A stretch of 33,293 nucleotides of DNA, from contig JBBDNI010000012.1 of NCBI GenBank assembly GCA_040877645.1, forward strand, positions 1 to 33,293, read 5' to 3'. The number at the start of each line of letters is the position of its first letter. Position 1 is the first letter of the stretch. This DNA comes from Chloroflexota bacterium (lineage in GTDB: Bacteria > Chloroflexota > Limnocylindria > QHBO01). This document shows positions 8,238 through 18,255 of this stretch, piece by piece. The position numbers and the translations under genes are program-made. The notes beneath the pieces were generated by a model, which worked only from the letters and a program-made list of their open reading frames with translations, did no database searches and was not told the DNA's origin.

Positions 8238-9398
8238 ATGGAGCAGAACCTGCGCGTCCCCGGACCGACGCCGATCCCCACCGAGGTGCGCGAGGCACAG
8301 TCGGCGCCGATGATCGACCACCGCGGCACCGAGTTCGGTGAGCTGCTGCGCGAGATCAGCACCGGGCTGGCCGACCTGATCGGGACGCGCGGCGAGGTGT
8401 TCCTGCTGACCGGTTCCGGGTCAGGTGCGCTCGAGGCGGCGGTGGTCAATACCCTCTCGCCGGGGGACCGGGTGCTGGCGGTCACAATCGGCTCCTTCGG
8501 AGATCGGTTCGCCAAGATCGCGGAGGCCTTCGGCGCGCAGGTCGAGCGGTTCGAGGTGCCCTGGGGCTCAGCCGCCGATCCGGCCGCGCTGGCAAGCCGC
8601 CTGGCGGCCAACCCGCCATACCGGGCAGTGCTACTGACCCACAACGAGACGTCGACCGGCGTCACCAACCCGCTGCGGCAGCTGGCTGCGGCAGTCCGCG
8701 CCGGGCCCGGCGAGCCTCTGGTCGTGGTCGACGGCATCAGCGGCCTGGGCGCCATGCCGTTCGAGATGGATGGCTGGGGGATCGACCTGGTGGTGAGCGC
8801 CAGCCAGAAGGCGTGGATGGGGTCGCCGGGCATCGCCATTGCTGCCGTCGGGGAGCGCGCCCGGCTCGCCGGCGAGAGCGCGACCATGCCACGCGCCTAC
8901 TGGGACTTCGCCGAGGCGCGCAAATGGGCCGAGAAGGGACAGACGCCGTGGACTCCGGCGGTGAGCGTGCTTTATGGCCTGCGGGTCGGTGTGCGCCGGC
9001 TCACCGAAGAGGGGCGCGAGCGAACGTGGGCGCGCCACGCCGCCATCGCGGCCGGCGTGCAGGCCGGGCTCGAGGCGCTGGGCCTGCAGCTCGTGGCCGC
9101 GCCCGACGATCGCTCGAGCACCGTCACCGCCGCCTGGCTGCCGGACGGCCTGGAGTGGGGCCCGTTCAACGCCGCCATGCGCGCCAAGGGCTTGATCGTG
9201 GCCGGCGGCCAGGGCGCCTGGATCGGCCGCATCCTTCGCTTCGGTCACATGGGCGATGTGGGCATCGACGAGATGGCCGATGCGCTGCGCGTGATGGGCG
9301 AGACGCTCGTCGAGTTCGGTCGCGAGGCGGACCCCGACGGATCGGCGCGCGCCGCGCGCCAGCGCTTCGAGGCCAGCCTCTCCGCCGCCGGCCGCTGA
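8238..9398 (+). CDS. Class V PLP aminotransferase (alanine-glyoxylate / serine-pyruvate family)
   Basis: PGPTP, HNETSTGV, VDGIS, SASQKAW (PLP Lys), RFGHMG. ATG 8238 lies 6 nt after TATGAT. Confidence 0.92.
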   Translation: MEQNLRVPGPTPIPTEVREAQSAPMIDHRGTEFGELLREISTGLADLIGTRGEVFLLTGSGSGALEAAVVNTLSPGDRVLAVTIGSFGDRFAKIAEAFGAQVERFEVPWGSAADPAALASRLAANPPYRAVLLTHNETSTGVTNPLRQLAAAVRAGPGEPLVVVDGISGLGAMPFEMDGWGIDLVVSASQKAWMGSPGIAIAAVGERARLAGESATMPRAYWDFAEARKWAEKGQTPWTPAVSVLYGLRVGVRRLTEEGRERTWARHAAIAAGVQAGLEALGLQLVAAPDDRSSTVTAAWLPDGLEWGPFNAAMRAKGLIVAGGQGAWIGRILRFGHMGDVGIDEMADALRVMGETLVEFGREADPDGSARAARQRFEASLSAAGR

Positions 9399-9399
9399 C

Positions 9400-11712
9400 C
9401 TAGCGGCGCTCGCGCGCCGGCAGCACGGATCGCAGTCGGCTGCGCACGGAGAGCCAGGCGAGCGGAACGCGAAGGCGCGACCAGGCGCGCTCGAGCCGGG
9501 CGATCGCATCGGACGAGATGGATCGGCCCGAATAGCTCTGCCAGACCTTGCCGTCGGCGATCTGGTGGATCTCGTCGCTCCGGCGCGGCAGCTGCTCCTC
9601 CAGCCAGCCGGCGTACTCGTAGACGGTCTCCGAGGCACGCTGCGCCACCCCCGCGCGATCGGCTGCGAACGCAAGCCGCTGCCACTGCCGGTCGCCCGGT
9701 GCGAGGAAGCGGAATCGGTGGCGCCCCTGGAGCAGCCGCCAGGCCGCAACCAGGAGCAGGACCGACAGGAGAGCGACCACCAGCAGCGCGTTGCCGTTGC
9801 GCGTGTCGCCGCTTGGCGCTGGGTCGCCTGGCTGAAAGCCACCCTCGACCGGGGTGAACGACTCCAGGTTGTTGACGGTGCCCAGGTCGTCGCCCTCAAG
9901 GAACTGCTGCCCTGGATCGACGCCGCCGACCGCTGGGTTGATGGGCGGAACCACTCCCTCGCCGCGCAGGCGGACCACCGGAGCGATGCTCTTGGTAGCC
10001 TCGAAGCTCTGCCACCCATAGCCGGGGAAGAAGATCTCGGCCCAGGCATGCGCGTTGCGCTCGCGGTACTGGTAGATGCCGTCCTCGAGCCGTTCGCCCG
10101 GCGCGTAGCCGACCGCCACGCGGGACGGAAGGCCCAGCGTGCGGGCCATCACGGCCATCGCACTTGCGAAGTACTCGCAGTAGCCGACCTGGCCGTTCGG
10201 GTCGAAGAGGAAGAAGTCGACCAGGTCGCGGTCCGGGTCTGCGGGCAGGGTCGCCTTGGTGGCGTAGGTGAAGCGGGGATCGGTGTGGAGGTAGGCAGCC
10301 AGCGCCTTGGCCTGCTGGAACTGGTCGGTCGCCCCGGCCGCCTCGACGACGGATCGGGCGAGGTCGGCCGTGCGGCTCGTCACGCCCGCGGTGCCGAGGT
10401 AGGTCGCCATGATCTCGGGCGGGTACGTTCCGCCCGCGCCAGCGAGCATCGCCTCGGTTGCGCTGGAGATGGCCGCGGTGATCTGGTAGCCCTTGCCCTC
10501 CTCGATCTGCGAACCCGCCTTCAGGGCGCCGAGCAGCGGCAGGCCACCCGGCTGCCCGATGATCAGCGGCGCGAAGGCCGTGGTCGGGTACCCCGGCGAG
10601 AACACGTTGCGGCCGCCCCCACGCTGCATCTCGACGGTGACGGTCTCCAGCTCAAAGGCTGCCGGGTTGAGCGGCCGTTCCGGCGTGTAGCCGGGAAAGA
10701 TGCGTTCCCCGGCTGCGACGCGCCGGTCCGACCCCTCGCTGCTCGACCAGCCGTGCCCGGTGTAGGTGTCGTACGTGACGGTCCGCATGTAGTAGGCGCG
10801 CTGCGAGGCGACCGTCATCACCTCGGCGTCCGAGCTGACCCAGCTGCCACGGACTGCGAAGGAACCACCGAACCCGGATCCGCGGATGCGCGAATCGGCA
10901 CTGCTCAGGCCGCCGAAGATCCCCTCGAACTGGCCGCGGAGGTCGGTCCACAGCCCGTCCAGGTTCGACCACACCGTGGTGAGCGGCGCTGCGACGGCGA
11001 CCGTAGTCAGGATCCAGGCCAGCGCGACGCTGCCGGCAATGAAGGTCACGCCGCTGCGCATGATCTGCGCCGGAACCTCGACGTTCTCGGTCACGCGGCG
11101 GAGTTGCCAGCTCTCTTCCCGGCTGATGAGCGCCACGCGCAGCCACAGCAGCAGCGCGGCCAGGGAGAAGAGGACGATGAAGCCGAACAGGTCGGCGAAG
11201 GTGGCGGCCATGTTGGCCACCAGAGCGACTCCCACCAGCAGGATGGTGTCGAGGACCCGATGGTGCCGGTAGAGCGTGTAGGCGGCGACGAACCCGGTCA
11301 CCCACATCAGCACACCCAGACCCACCGCGTAGGGCGAAAGCTGCGGCGCGAAGCCGCCATCGATGACGATCCGTGTCCAGTCCAGCGCATCGTCACGCAG
11401 CGCCGTCAGCTGACTGCCCAGGCCCAGCTCGGTGTAGTACTCGCCGCCGATGGTCCACAGCACGATTCCGGCACCGACCAGAGCGCCGATCGGGAGGATC
11501 AGCGTGACGCTGGTGCGGGTCAGCCCCAGCAGCGCCCCCGACAGGGCGGCGAAGAAGGCGACCGGGACCAGGAAGTCGAGTTGCTCGAACCACTCTGCGC
11601 GCTGGAGCGACCAGCCGAGCGCCAGCAGCATGACGAAGACCAGCGCGAAGCTCAGCCACCCCTCGCGCGGGTGGAGGTAGCGACGGAGGAGGTCACGCAT
11701 GCGGTCACGCAC
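9400..11712 (-). CDS. Membrane transglutaminase-like protein (TgpA-like)
   Basis: N-terminal TM bundle. Catalytic motifs GYCEYFASAM, RVAVGY, HAWAE, GWQSFEAT. Start GTG 11712 or ATG 11700. Confidence 0.9.
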   Translation of the reverse strand: MRDRMRDLLRRYLHPREGWLSFALVFVMLLALGWSLQRAEWFEQLDFLVPVAFFAALSGALLGLTRTSVTLILPIGALVGAGIVLWTIGGEYYTELGLGSQLTALRDDALDWTRIVIDGGFAPQLSPYAVGLGVLMWVTGFVAAYTLYRHHRVLDTILLVGVALVANMAATFADLFGFIVLFSLAALLLWLRVALISREESWQLRRVTENVEVPAQIMRSGVTFIAGSVALAWILTTVAVAAPLTTVWSNLDGLWTDLRGQFEGIFGGLSSADSRIRGSGFGGSFAVRGSWVSSDAEVMTVASQRAYYMRTVTYDTYTGHGWSSSEGSDRRVAAGERIFPGYTPERPLNPAAFELETVTVEMQRGGGRNVFSPGYPTTAFAPLIIGQPGGLPLLGALKAGSQIEEGKGYQITAAISSATEAMLAGAGGTYPPEIMATYLGTAGVTSRTADLARSVVEAAGATDQFQQAKALAAYLHTDPRFTYATKATLPADPDRDLVDFFLFDPNGQVGYCEYFASAMAVMARTLGLPSRVAVGYAPGERLEDGIYQYRERNAHAWAEIFFPGYGWQSFEATKSIAPVVRLRGEGVVPPINPAVGGVDPGQQFLEGDDLGTVNNLESFTPVEGGFQPGDPAPSGDTRNGNALLVVALLSVLLLVAAWRLLQGRHRFRFLAPGDRQWQRLAFAADRAGVAQRASETVYEYAGWLEEQLPRRSDEIHQIADGKVWQSYSGRSISSDAIARLERAWSRLRVPLAWLSVRSRLRSVLPARERR

Positions 11713-12961
11713 GGGATCGCTCCCGGATCTTCGGCGCCCGGGCACCCATCGCCCGGCGGCCCAGCACCTCGGGCAGCTCGTCGCCGGAGCGCACCAGGTG
11801 ATGCGCGATCTCGTACTCGGCGAGGGCGTGTCGCACGGCAGCCAGCTCGGCGCGGCTCTCGTCGTCGTCCCGCCCGTCGTAGCTGAACCGATCGATCAGC
11901 ACCACGATCGTCCCAATCCCGCGACGCCGCAGCGAGGCGAGCGCCCGCACCCACTCGCGGTCGGTGGAGCCGGTGATGATGCACAGCGTCATCCCGCGCC
12001 GCATCTGGGGCATGGTCGCCATCACCACCTCGGCCAGCCGCTGCGACCCATCCGCCTGCACGTTGGCCAGCAGGTTCAGGATCTTCTGCTCCACCCGCGT
12101 CCCGCGGTCGGGGGTCAGGTGCTGCTGGCGCCTGGCCGAGACGGTGACGCCGACGGCGCGATTCTCGCCGAGCGTGTGCACCGCGATCGACGCAGCGGCG
12201 CTGACCGCCGTCTCGACCGATGCGTTGTCTGGCGGTCCGGCGTGCGCGACGCGCTCGAGGTCGAGCAGCAGCCACAGGTCGGCGGCCTGCTCCAGGTCGA
12301 ACTCCTTGACATGCAGCTCTCCGTGGCGCACGGAGCTGAGCCAATGGATCCGGTTGATCGCGTCACCGTAGACGTAGGGGCGCACCGTGCTGACCAGCGG
12401 GGTCGCCGCCTCGTAGCGGCGACGCGATGGCGTGCTGCCGTCGACCGGTGACGGGGGGAGACGCCAGTGCGGGAGGGCATGCACCTTCGGGAAGACCACG
12501 ATCCAGGTCGGCCGCCCGACCACCATCTCGCTGGTGAAGAGGCCGAACGGGTCGCCGGTCCGAACCCGGAGCGCGCCGAGCCGGAAGCTGCCGCGCCGCA
12601 GCAGCCCGACCTTGGCCAGCCACTGGCGGCTGCCGCCGGACCGGACGCCGATGACGCGCCCCGGCAGCGGCGCCGGCAGAGTCGAGTCGTTCGACAGCTC
12701 GACCCACGGCTTGCTCCACCCCGTGTCGTTGTCGACGCGGTACACCGCCTCGAGCACATCGCCGACCTGGCTGCGCGGATTCAGGACGAAGTAGCCGGCG
12801 CGCAGGCCGCGCAGGCCGCGCCGGGCGTACCAGCGCGAGGCGAGGAGCAGGGTGGCCAGCAGGTAGACGAGGAAGAAGAGGAAGCTGATCCCCGTGCTGA
12901 AGGCTGCCACCACCAGGGCAGTGCCGAAGAATACGAGGCGCAGCTGCCGCGAAAGGGCCAA
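11705..12961 (-). CDS. DUF58 domain protein
   Basis: DPFGLF, VRPYVYGD.INRIHW.SS, VKEF. Lies between moxR and the transglutaminase gene. Confidence 0.92.
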   Translation of the reverse strand: MALSRQLRLVFFGTALVVAAFSTGISFLFFLVYLLATLLLASRWYARRGLRGLRAGYFVLNPRSQVGDVLEAVYRVDNDTGWSKPWVELSNDSTLPAPLPGRVIGVRSGGSRQWLAKVGLLRRGSFRLGALRVRTGDPFGLFTSEMVVGRPTWIVVFPKVHALPHWRLPPSPVDGSTPSRRRYEAATPLVSTVRPYVYGDAINRIHWLSSVRHGELHVKEFDLEQAADLWLLLDLERVAHAGPPDNASVETAVSAAASIAVHTLGENRAVGVTVSARRQQHLTPDRGTRVEQKILNLLANVQADGSQRLAEVVMATMPQMRRGMTLCIITGSTDREWVRALASLRRRGIGTIVVLIDRFSYDGRDDDESRAELAAVRHALAEYEIAHHLVRSGDELPEVLGRRAMGARAPKIRERSRA

Positions 12962-12970
12962 TGGAGTGGC

Positions 12971-13945
12971 CTAGCGCGTGCCGGCGGCCGCGCTGCTGGC
13001 TGCCTCCTCGATCGGGACCTGGGAGAGGACCTCGCGGACGATCCCGTCGGGGTCCACGTCGCGGAGGGACGCCTGGCTCTTCACGATGAGGCGGTGCCCG
13101 AGCACCGCCACCGCCAGCTGCTTCACGTCGTCGGGGATCACGAAGTCCCGTCCGTCGAGCGACGCGAGCGCCTGCCCGGCGCGGTACAGGTTGATCGACC
13201 CGCGCGGGGAGGCTCCCAGATACACATCGGCGTGCTCGCGGGTGGCGCCCACCAGCCGCACGATGTACTCGGCCACGGTCTGGTCGACGTAGATCTCCTT
13301 GACGGCGGCCTGCATCTGCCGCAGCTCCTCGAGGTCGAGCACCTGGTGCAGGTCGTCGATCGGGTGGGTCCGCTTCTGCTCGTCGAGGATGACGATCTCC
13401 TCCATCGCCTTGGGGTACCCGAGTCTGAGCCGCAGCATGAAGCGGTCGAGCTGGGCTTCCGGCAGGGCGAAGGTGCCCTCGTATTCGATCGGGTTCTGGG
13501 TGGCGATGACCAGGAACGGGGACGGCATCATGTGGCTGACGCCATCGATCGTCGCCTGCTTCTCTTCCATGCACTCCAGCAGCGCGCTCTGCGTCTTGGG
13601 CGTGGCGCGGTTGATCTCATCTGCCAGGACGACCTGGGCCATGATCGGTCCCGGGCGGAACTCGAACTCCTGCGTCTTCTGGTTGAAGATCGACAGGCCG
13701 GTGACATCGGACGGCAGCAGGTCCGGTGTGAACTGGATGCGACGGAACGAGCAGCCGATGCTGCGGCTGATCGCCTTGGCCAGCATCGTCTTGCCGACGC
13801 CGGGGACATCCTCGATCAGGATGTGCCCCTCGCACAGGAGCGCCACCAGCGCCATGCGGACCTCGGTGTGCTTGCCGACGATCACGCGCTCGACGTTGGC
13901 GACGACGCGCTCTGCCGACTCCTTGACGCTCTTCACGGTTGGCAT
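12971..13945 (-). CDS. moxR: MoxR family AAA+ ATPase
   Basis: [59 protein letters not shown]. Confidence 0.95.
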   Translation of the reverse strand: MPTVKSVKESAERVVANVERVIVGKHTEVRMALVALLCEGHILIEDVPGVGKTMLAKAISRSIGCSFRRIQFTPDLLPSDVTGLSIFNQKTQEFEFRPGPIMAQVVLADEINRATPKTQSALLECMEEKQATIDGVSHMMPSPFLVIATQNPIEYEGTFALPEAQLDRFMLRLRLGYPKAMEEIVILDEQKRTHPIDDLHQVLDLEELRQMQAAVKEIYVDQTVAEYIVRLVGATREHADVYLGASPRGSINLYRAGQALASLDGRDFVIPDDVKQLAVAVLGHRLIVKSQASLRDVDPDGIVREVLSQVPIEEAASSAAAGTR

Positions 13946-14023
13946 CCCCTACGGGGTTGAATCCGGCCGGTCACTCCCGCCCACAATACCCCAGCCAACC
14001 GGCGCATGGTTCACGGCGCATCG

Positions 14024-15565
14024 TCATCCGCCGTTCGCGAGGCGCAGCCACTCGGCCATCACCGCGCCGCCGATGGGGGCCGCCCGTCCCGTCCCCGTTC
14101 CGCCGCCCTCGACGATGACCGCGATCGCGATCGTCGATGCTGCACCCGGCTGGGCCGGCGCGAAGCCGATGAACCAGGAATGCGGCTGGAGGCCCGGCCC
14201 GCGCTCGGCGGTGCCGGTCTTGCCGGCAGTCTGCACACCGCTGATGCCGTAGCGCGTCACCGCCCCCGGGCCGGCGTACAGGCGGCCGATCGGACCCTCG
14301 ACCGCATCGACCATGGCCGATCGCAGCTGCGCCGCCGCCTGGCTCGAGATGACCCGGTCGCCGTCACCGCCATACGACTCGATGATGGTGCCGCTGGGAC
14401 CGGCGGCCGGATCTGTGGCGTGGCTGCGCAGGTCGCGCACGGCGAACGGCTGCGGGACCACGCCGTCGTTGGCGATGGCCGCTGCCAGGAGCACCATCTG
14501 GAGCGGCGTGACCGTCACCTGCGCCTGTCCGAAGGCGGCGCTGGCCAGCTCGACGTCGTCCAGGAATGGTGCGCAGCCGGCGTCCGTGCGGCGAGAGACA
14601 TAGGACGCATCGGCCGGGAGGCTGCGCTCACTGCTGCCGATCCGCAGCCCGGAGCAGAACCCGAACCGTCGCGCGTAGTCCAGGAGGCGGTCGGCCCCCA
14701 ACTCGAGGCCGACGTGCGCGAAGAAGATGTTGCTCGACACCTGGAGCGCGGGTGAGAGCGGCCAGAGCGCGGGCGTCACCGACCCGAGATCGTGCTCGCG
14801 GATGGTGAAGCCGGACACGACGAAGCCGTTGACCTCCTGCTCTGGCTGATCGGGGAAGGTGGTCTCCGGGGTGATCGCACCGCTGTCCAGCGCGGCCGCG
14901 GCGGTCAGCACCTTGAGGGTCGAGCCTGGAACGTAGCGGCCCTGCCGGACTCGGTCGAGGAAGGGGTTGCTCGGCGCGCCGGCCACCGCATCCCATGGGC
15001 CCTGGGCGCTCAGCGGATCGCCGGAGAAGCCGGTGGCATCGTAGGTTGGCGAGGAGACCATGGCCAGGATCGCGCCGGTGCGCGGGTCGATCGCGACCAC
15101 CGCCCCCACGTTTCCGGCCAGCTGCGCCGCGGCGAAGTCCTGCAGCCGACGATCGAGGGTGAGGGTCACGTCACGCGACACCGGCGGACGGTCGAGGATG
15201 TCGTTCAGGACGTCGCCGAGCGGGTTGGGGTCGGTGCGGCCGGTCAGCAGGTCGTCCCAGGCGCGCTCGACGCCCGTCGCCCCGAAGCGCAGGCTGGCGT
15301 AGCCGATCAGGTGGGTGAAGGCGGGATCCACGTACGTGCGGCGGCTGATCCCGTCGACCAGCACGCTGGATGCCAGGAGCTGGCCGCGCACGTCGAAGAT
15401 CGAGCCGCGCGGGGCGCTGCGTCGAGCGGCGATGACCTGCGGATTGTCCTGCCGCGCCGCGAGCTGCTGCGCGTCGAGGACCTGCCACCACGCCAGCGCC
15501 ACGGAGACCGCGGCAAAGCTGAGGACGAGGTAGACCGACAGGCGGCGGATGTTGGTGGCGATCAT
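14024..15565 (-). CDS. pbpA: Class B penicillin-binding protein (PbpA-like transpeptidase)
   Basis: N-terminal TM, RGSIFD, SxxK (GSTLK), SxN (SSN), KTG motifs. Overlaps the rodA stop codon. Confidence 0.92.
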   Translation of the reverse strand: MIATNIRRLSVYLVLSFAAVSVALAWWQVLDAQQLAARQDNPQVIAARRSAPRGSIFDVRGQLLASSVLVDGISRRTYVDPAFTHLIGYASLRFGATGVERAWDDLLTGRTDPNPLGDVLNDILDRPPVSRDVTLTLDRRLQDFAAAQLAGNVGAVVAIDPRTGAILAMVSSPTYDATGFSGDPLSAQGPWDAVAGAPSNPFLDRVRQGRYVPGSTLKVLTAAAALDSGAITPETTFPDQPEQEVNGFVVSGFTIREHDLGSVTPALWPLSPALQVSSNIFFAHVGLELGADRLLDYARRFGFCSGLRIGSSERSLPADASYVSRRTDAGCAPFLDDVELASAAFGQAQVTVTPLQMVLLAAAIANDGVVPQPFAVRDLRSHATDPAAGPSGTIIESYGGDGDRVISSQAAAQLRSAMVDAVEGPIGRLYAGPGAVTRYGISGVQTAGKTGTAERGPGLQPHSWFIGFAPAQPGAASTIAIAVIVEGGGTGTGRAAPIGGAVMAEWLRLANGG

Positions 15566-16902
15566 GGCCCGCGCCCCTCGGCCTCGGCATCGACGGCGGA
15601 CCGGTGGCTGATCGCCAGCAGGAGGCCGACCACCACGAAGCAGGCGAGCAGGCTCGAGCCGCCGTAGCTGACGAACGGGAAGGTGATCCCGGTCAGCGGC
15701 ACCAGCTTGAGGTTGCCCGCGGCGATGATGAGCGTCTGGAGGCCGAGGCTGACAGTGAGCCCCACCGCCAGCATGGCGCTGAAGTCGTCGCGGGCCAGCA
15801 CCGCGGTGCGCAACCCGCGGAAGACGAGCGCCATGGCCAGCGCCAGCAGGGCGAACGCCCCGATCAGCCCCAGCTCCTCCGCCACGGCAGCGAAGATGAA
15901 GTCGGTCGGCAGTGCCGGGATGGGGAGGCGTCCGGAGATGGTCGGCAGCCCCTGCCCAAGCCCCTCACCGAAGAGTCCGCCGCGACCGAAGGCGTAGAGC
16001 GCCTGTACCGTCTGGTAGCCCGCTCCGCTCGGATCGACGAACGGGTCGATCCAGTTATCGACCCGGATCCGGACGTGGCCGAACAGGTTGTACGCGACGA
16101 ACGATCCGACCAGGAAGAGGAGCAACCCGAGCAGGACGTAGCTCCGCCGGCCGGTCGCCACGAAGAGCATCGTCAGGAATATGCCAAGGAACAGGAGGGC
16201 GGTTCCGAGGTCGCGGCTGATGATCACGATCAGCATCACCATCACGAAGATGGCGAGCATCGGCAGCAGGTACGGCAGCGGCGGAATCCGGATCGGACCG
16301 ATGCGCGCGCTGGCGCCCGCCAGCAGGGTCCGCTTCTCAGCCAGGTATGCCGCGATGAAGACGACCAGCACGATCTTGATCGCCTCGCCTGGCTGGAATC
16401 CGATCGGCCCCAGGTAGATCCACAGCCGCGCTCCGTTCACCTCGCGCCCGAACAGGAAGGTGATCACCAGCAGCAGCGCCCCGGCCAGCGCCCACGTGTA
16501 CTTGTAGTGGCGCAGGATCCCGTCGTCGCGGAAGAGGGCCGCCACCGCGACCATCGCCGTCAGGCCAACGGCGAACCACAGCAGCTGGGTGGTGGCCATG
16601 CCCAGCTCGACGCCGAGGATGTCGGTGCCGAAGAGGGACTGTGGCAGCCGATTCAGCATCACGATCCCGACGGCGCCGATCGACGCCACGGCCGGCAGCA
16701 GGAGCTGGTCGCCGCGGTTGCCCACCAGCCGGAGGGCAAGGTGCGCGCCGATGACCAGGGCGAGGTAACCGATGGCCAGGGCCATCGGCCCGGGGTCGAG
16801 GGTATCGGTCTGGGCGATGTGGGTGACCGCGAATCCGAGCGGCACCAGGAGAATCAGCGGGACGAGCATGCGAAGCTCGATCGGGCGTCCGACCGCGTGC
16901 AT
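15562..16902 (-). CDS. rodA: SEDS family peptidoglycan polymerase (RodA/FtsW)
   Basis: NGARLWI, FQPGE..K, DLGTA, TDFIFA...EELG, PLTGITFPFVSYGGSS. Confidence 0.95.
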   Translation of the reverse strand: MHAVGRPIELRMLVPLILLVPLGFAVTHIAQTDTLDPGPMALAIGYLALVIGAHLALRLVGNRGDQLLLPAVASIGAVGIVMLNRLPQSLFGTDILGVELGMATTQLLWFAVGLTAMVAVAALFRDDGILRHYKYTWALAGALLLVITFLFGREVNGARLWIYLGPIGFQPGEAIKIVLVVFIAAYLAEKRTLLAGASARIGPIRIPPLPYLLPMLAIFVMVMLIVIISRDLGTALLFLGIFLTMLFVATGRRSYVLLGLLLFLVGSFVAYNLFGHVRIRVDNWIDPFVDPSGAGYQTVQALYAFGRGGLFGEGLGQGLPTISGRLPIPALPTDFIFAAVAEELGLIGAFALLALAMALVFRGLRTAVLARDDFSAMLAVGLTVSLGLQTLIIAAGNLKLVPLTGITFPFVSYGGSSLLACFVVVGLLLAISHRSAVDAEAEGRGP

Positions 16903-17345
16903 CAGCGCTCCAGCCGCATCCGCACGCGCCCGATGGTCAGCTCGTCGCCGAACGAGAGCGCCACGGCGCGATCGATCAGGTGGCCGTTGACGTAGGTCCC
17001 GTTGGTCGAGCCCTGGTCCTCGATGAACCAGCTGCGTCCACGGAAGGTCAGCATCGCGTGGCTGCCACTGACGAAATCGTCGTCGATGGAGATCGTGCTG
17101 TTGACGTTCCGCCCGATCGAGTTGATGGGGCCCAGGGCGATCGAGCTGCCGGCTGGCGGCTCGTCGGCCGGCGATTCGACCACCGACAGGCGACCGATCC
17201 CCGACTGGCTCGCCATCTGGGTCAGCTCGGCGCTGCGCAGATCCCGCAGCAGCGACCGGGCGAAGCCGATCAGGATCAGGTACAGGAGAGCCAGGAAGCC
17301 GAGCTGCAGGGCGAGGAGCAACACCCGAAGGACCTCGCCCGTCAT
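16902..17345 (-). CDS. Membrane-anchored FHA domain protein (FhaB/FipA-like)
   Basis: N-terminal TM and FHA motifs IGR, VS..HA, DQGSTNGTYVNG. ATGA overlap with the upstream gene. Confidence 0.9.
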   Translation of the reverse strand: MTGEVLRVLLLALQLGFLALLYLILIGFARSLLRDLRSAELTQMASQSGIGRLSVVESPADEPPAGSSIALGPINSIGRNVNSTISIDDDFVSGSHAMLTFRGRSWFIEDQGSTNGTYVNGHLIDRAVALSFGDELTIGRVRMRLER

Positions 17346-18100
17346 CCGCGCACCTCGAACACGATCTGCGTGTTGCCGATCTGGATCGTGTCGCCCGGCC
17401 CGAGTGCCACCTCGCTCACCTGCTGGCCGTTGATCCATGACCCGTTCCGGCTGCCAAGGTCGGCAAAGCTGTAAGCGCCGTGCTGCAGCTTGAGCTGGCA
17501 GTGATGGCGGCTGACCTGCGGGTCGTCGACGATCACGTCATTGTCGCTCGCGCGACCGATGCTGATCAGCGCTCCGCCCAGGTCAAACTGGACCGCCGCC
17601 GCTCCATCGGTGCGAACCACCAGGAGCGCTCGCGAGGCTGATTCGGGTGAGGCGATCTCGTGGCCGGGGCGCGCCAGGACCATGGTGCGGTCGGATGGTT
17701 GCGCCGGCTGCTCGTGGCTGACCTGCTCGCCGTCGTCGTCAACGACGTTGGCCGCGACCCGGACGTCGCCGCGGGGCACCGCCGGGTCCGCGACGAGCCG
17801 CACCGTCAGGCGAGCCACCAGATGGTATCGCTCGCGTCGCGCGCGGGCCGCGGCGCCGTGTGCGAGGTCATCCTCCAGCGACCCGCGATAGGGCTCGAAG
17901 GCGGAGAAGTCGGCCGGGTGCAGGTGCAGGTCGTACCGGTTCGGCACGATGACTCCGCCGTCGCGGAAGGACTTGCCGGTGTCCATTGCCCGCTCGATGC
18001 GCTTGGTCAGCAGGACGGGCTGCAGCGTCGCCCCCAGGCGCCCCGCCGGCGCCTCGAAGAGCCGCTCGAGGAACGCCTCGAGCCGCGCGAAGATGCCCAC
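17342..18100 (-). CDS. fhaA: DUF3662 + FHA domain protein (FhaA-like)
   Basis: LQPV....IERAMD, VPNRY.L.L, followed by FHA motifs IGR, VSRHH, DLGSRNGSWING. Confidence 0.9.
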   Translation of the reverse strand: MGIFARLEAFLERLFEAPAGRLGATLQPVLLTKRIERAMDTGKSFRDGGVIVPNRYDLHLHPADFSAFEPYRGSLEDDLAHGAAARARRERYHLVARLTVRLVADPAVPRGDVRVAANVVDDDGEQVSHEQPAQPSDRTMVLARPGHEIASPESASRALLVVRTDGAAAVQFDLGGALISIGRASDNDVIVDDPQVSRHHCQLKLQHGAYSFADLGSRNGSWINGQQVSEVALGPGDTIQIGNTQIVFEVRG

Positions 18101-18147
18101 GCTCCGATCCTAGCACGGGGCGCGGCCCCCTCCTCCGCAGGGGACGA

Positions 18148-18180
18148 GCGGGGTACCAACGGCGATACGCGGGGTACCAA
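18148..18180. promoter_or_regulatory. Tandem 12-bp direct repeat, possible regulator-binding site
   Basis: GCGGGGTACCAA at 18148-18159 and 18169-18180, between divergent -10 boxes. Confidence 0.5.
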
Positions 18181-18255
18181 TGTGCCCGTGGGGAGCCTGC
18201 CCGCGCTCCCGGTATACTCATCGCCCCTGCAGGTTATGTCCGAGCGGATGCCAAT

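Noticed and set aside
9565-11886. Long antisense ORFs (773 aa here; also 24903..27053, 12467..13960, 15604..16995, 20766..22160)
   Set aside because: They are shadow frames of well-supported opposite-strand genes, expected at high GC, and carry no recognisable motifs.
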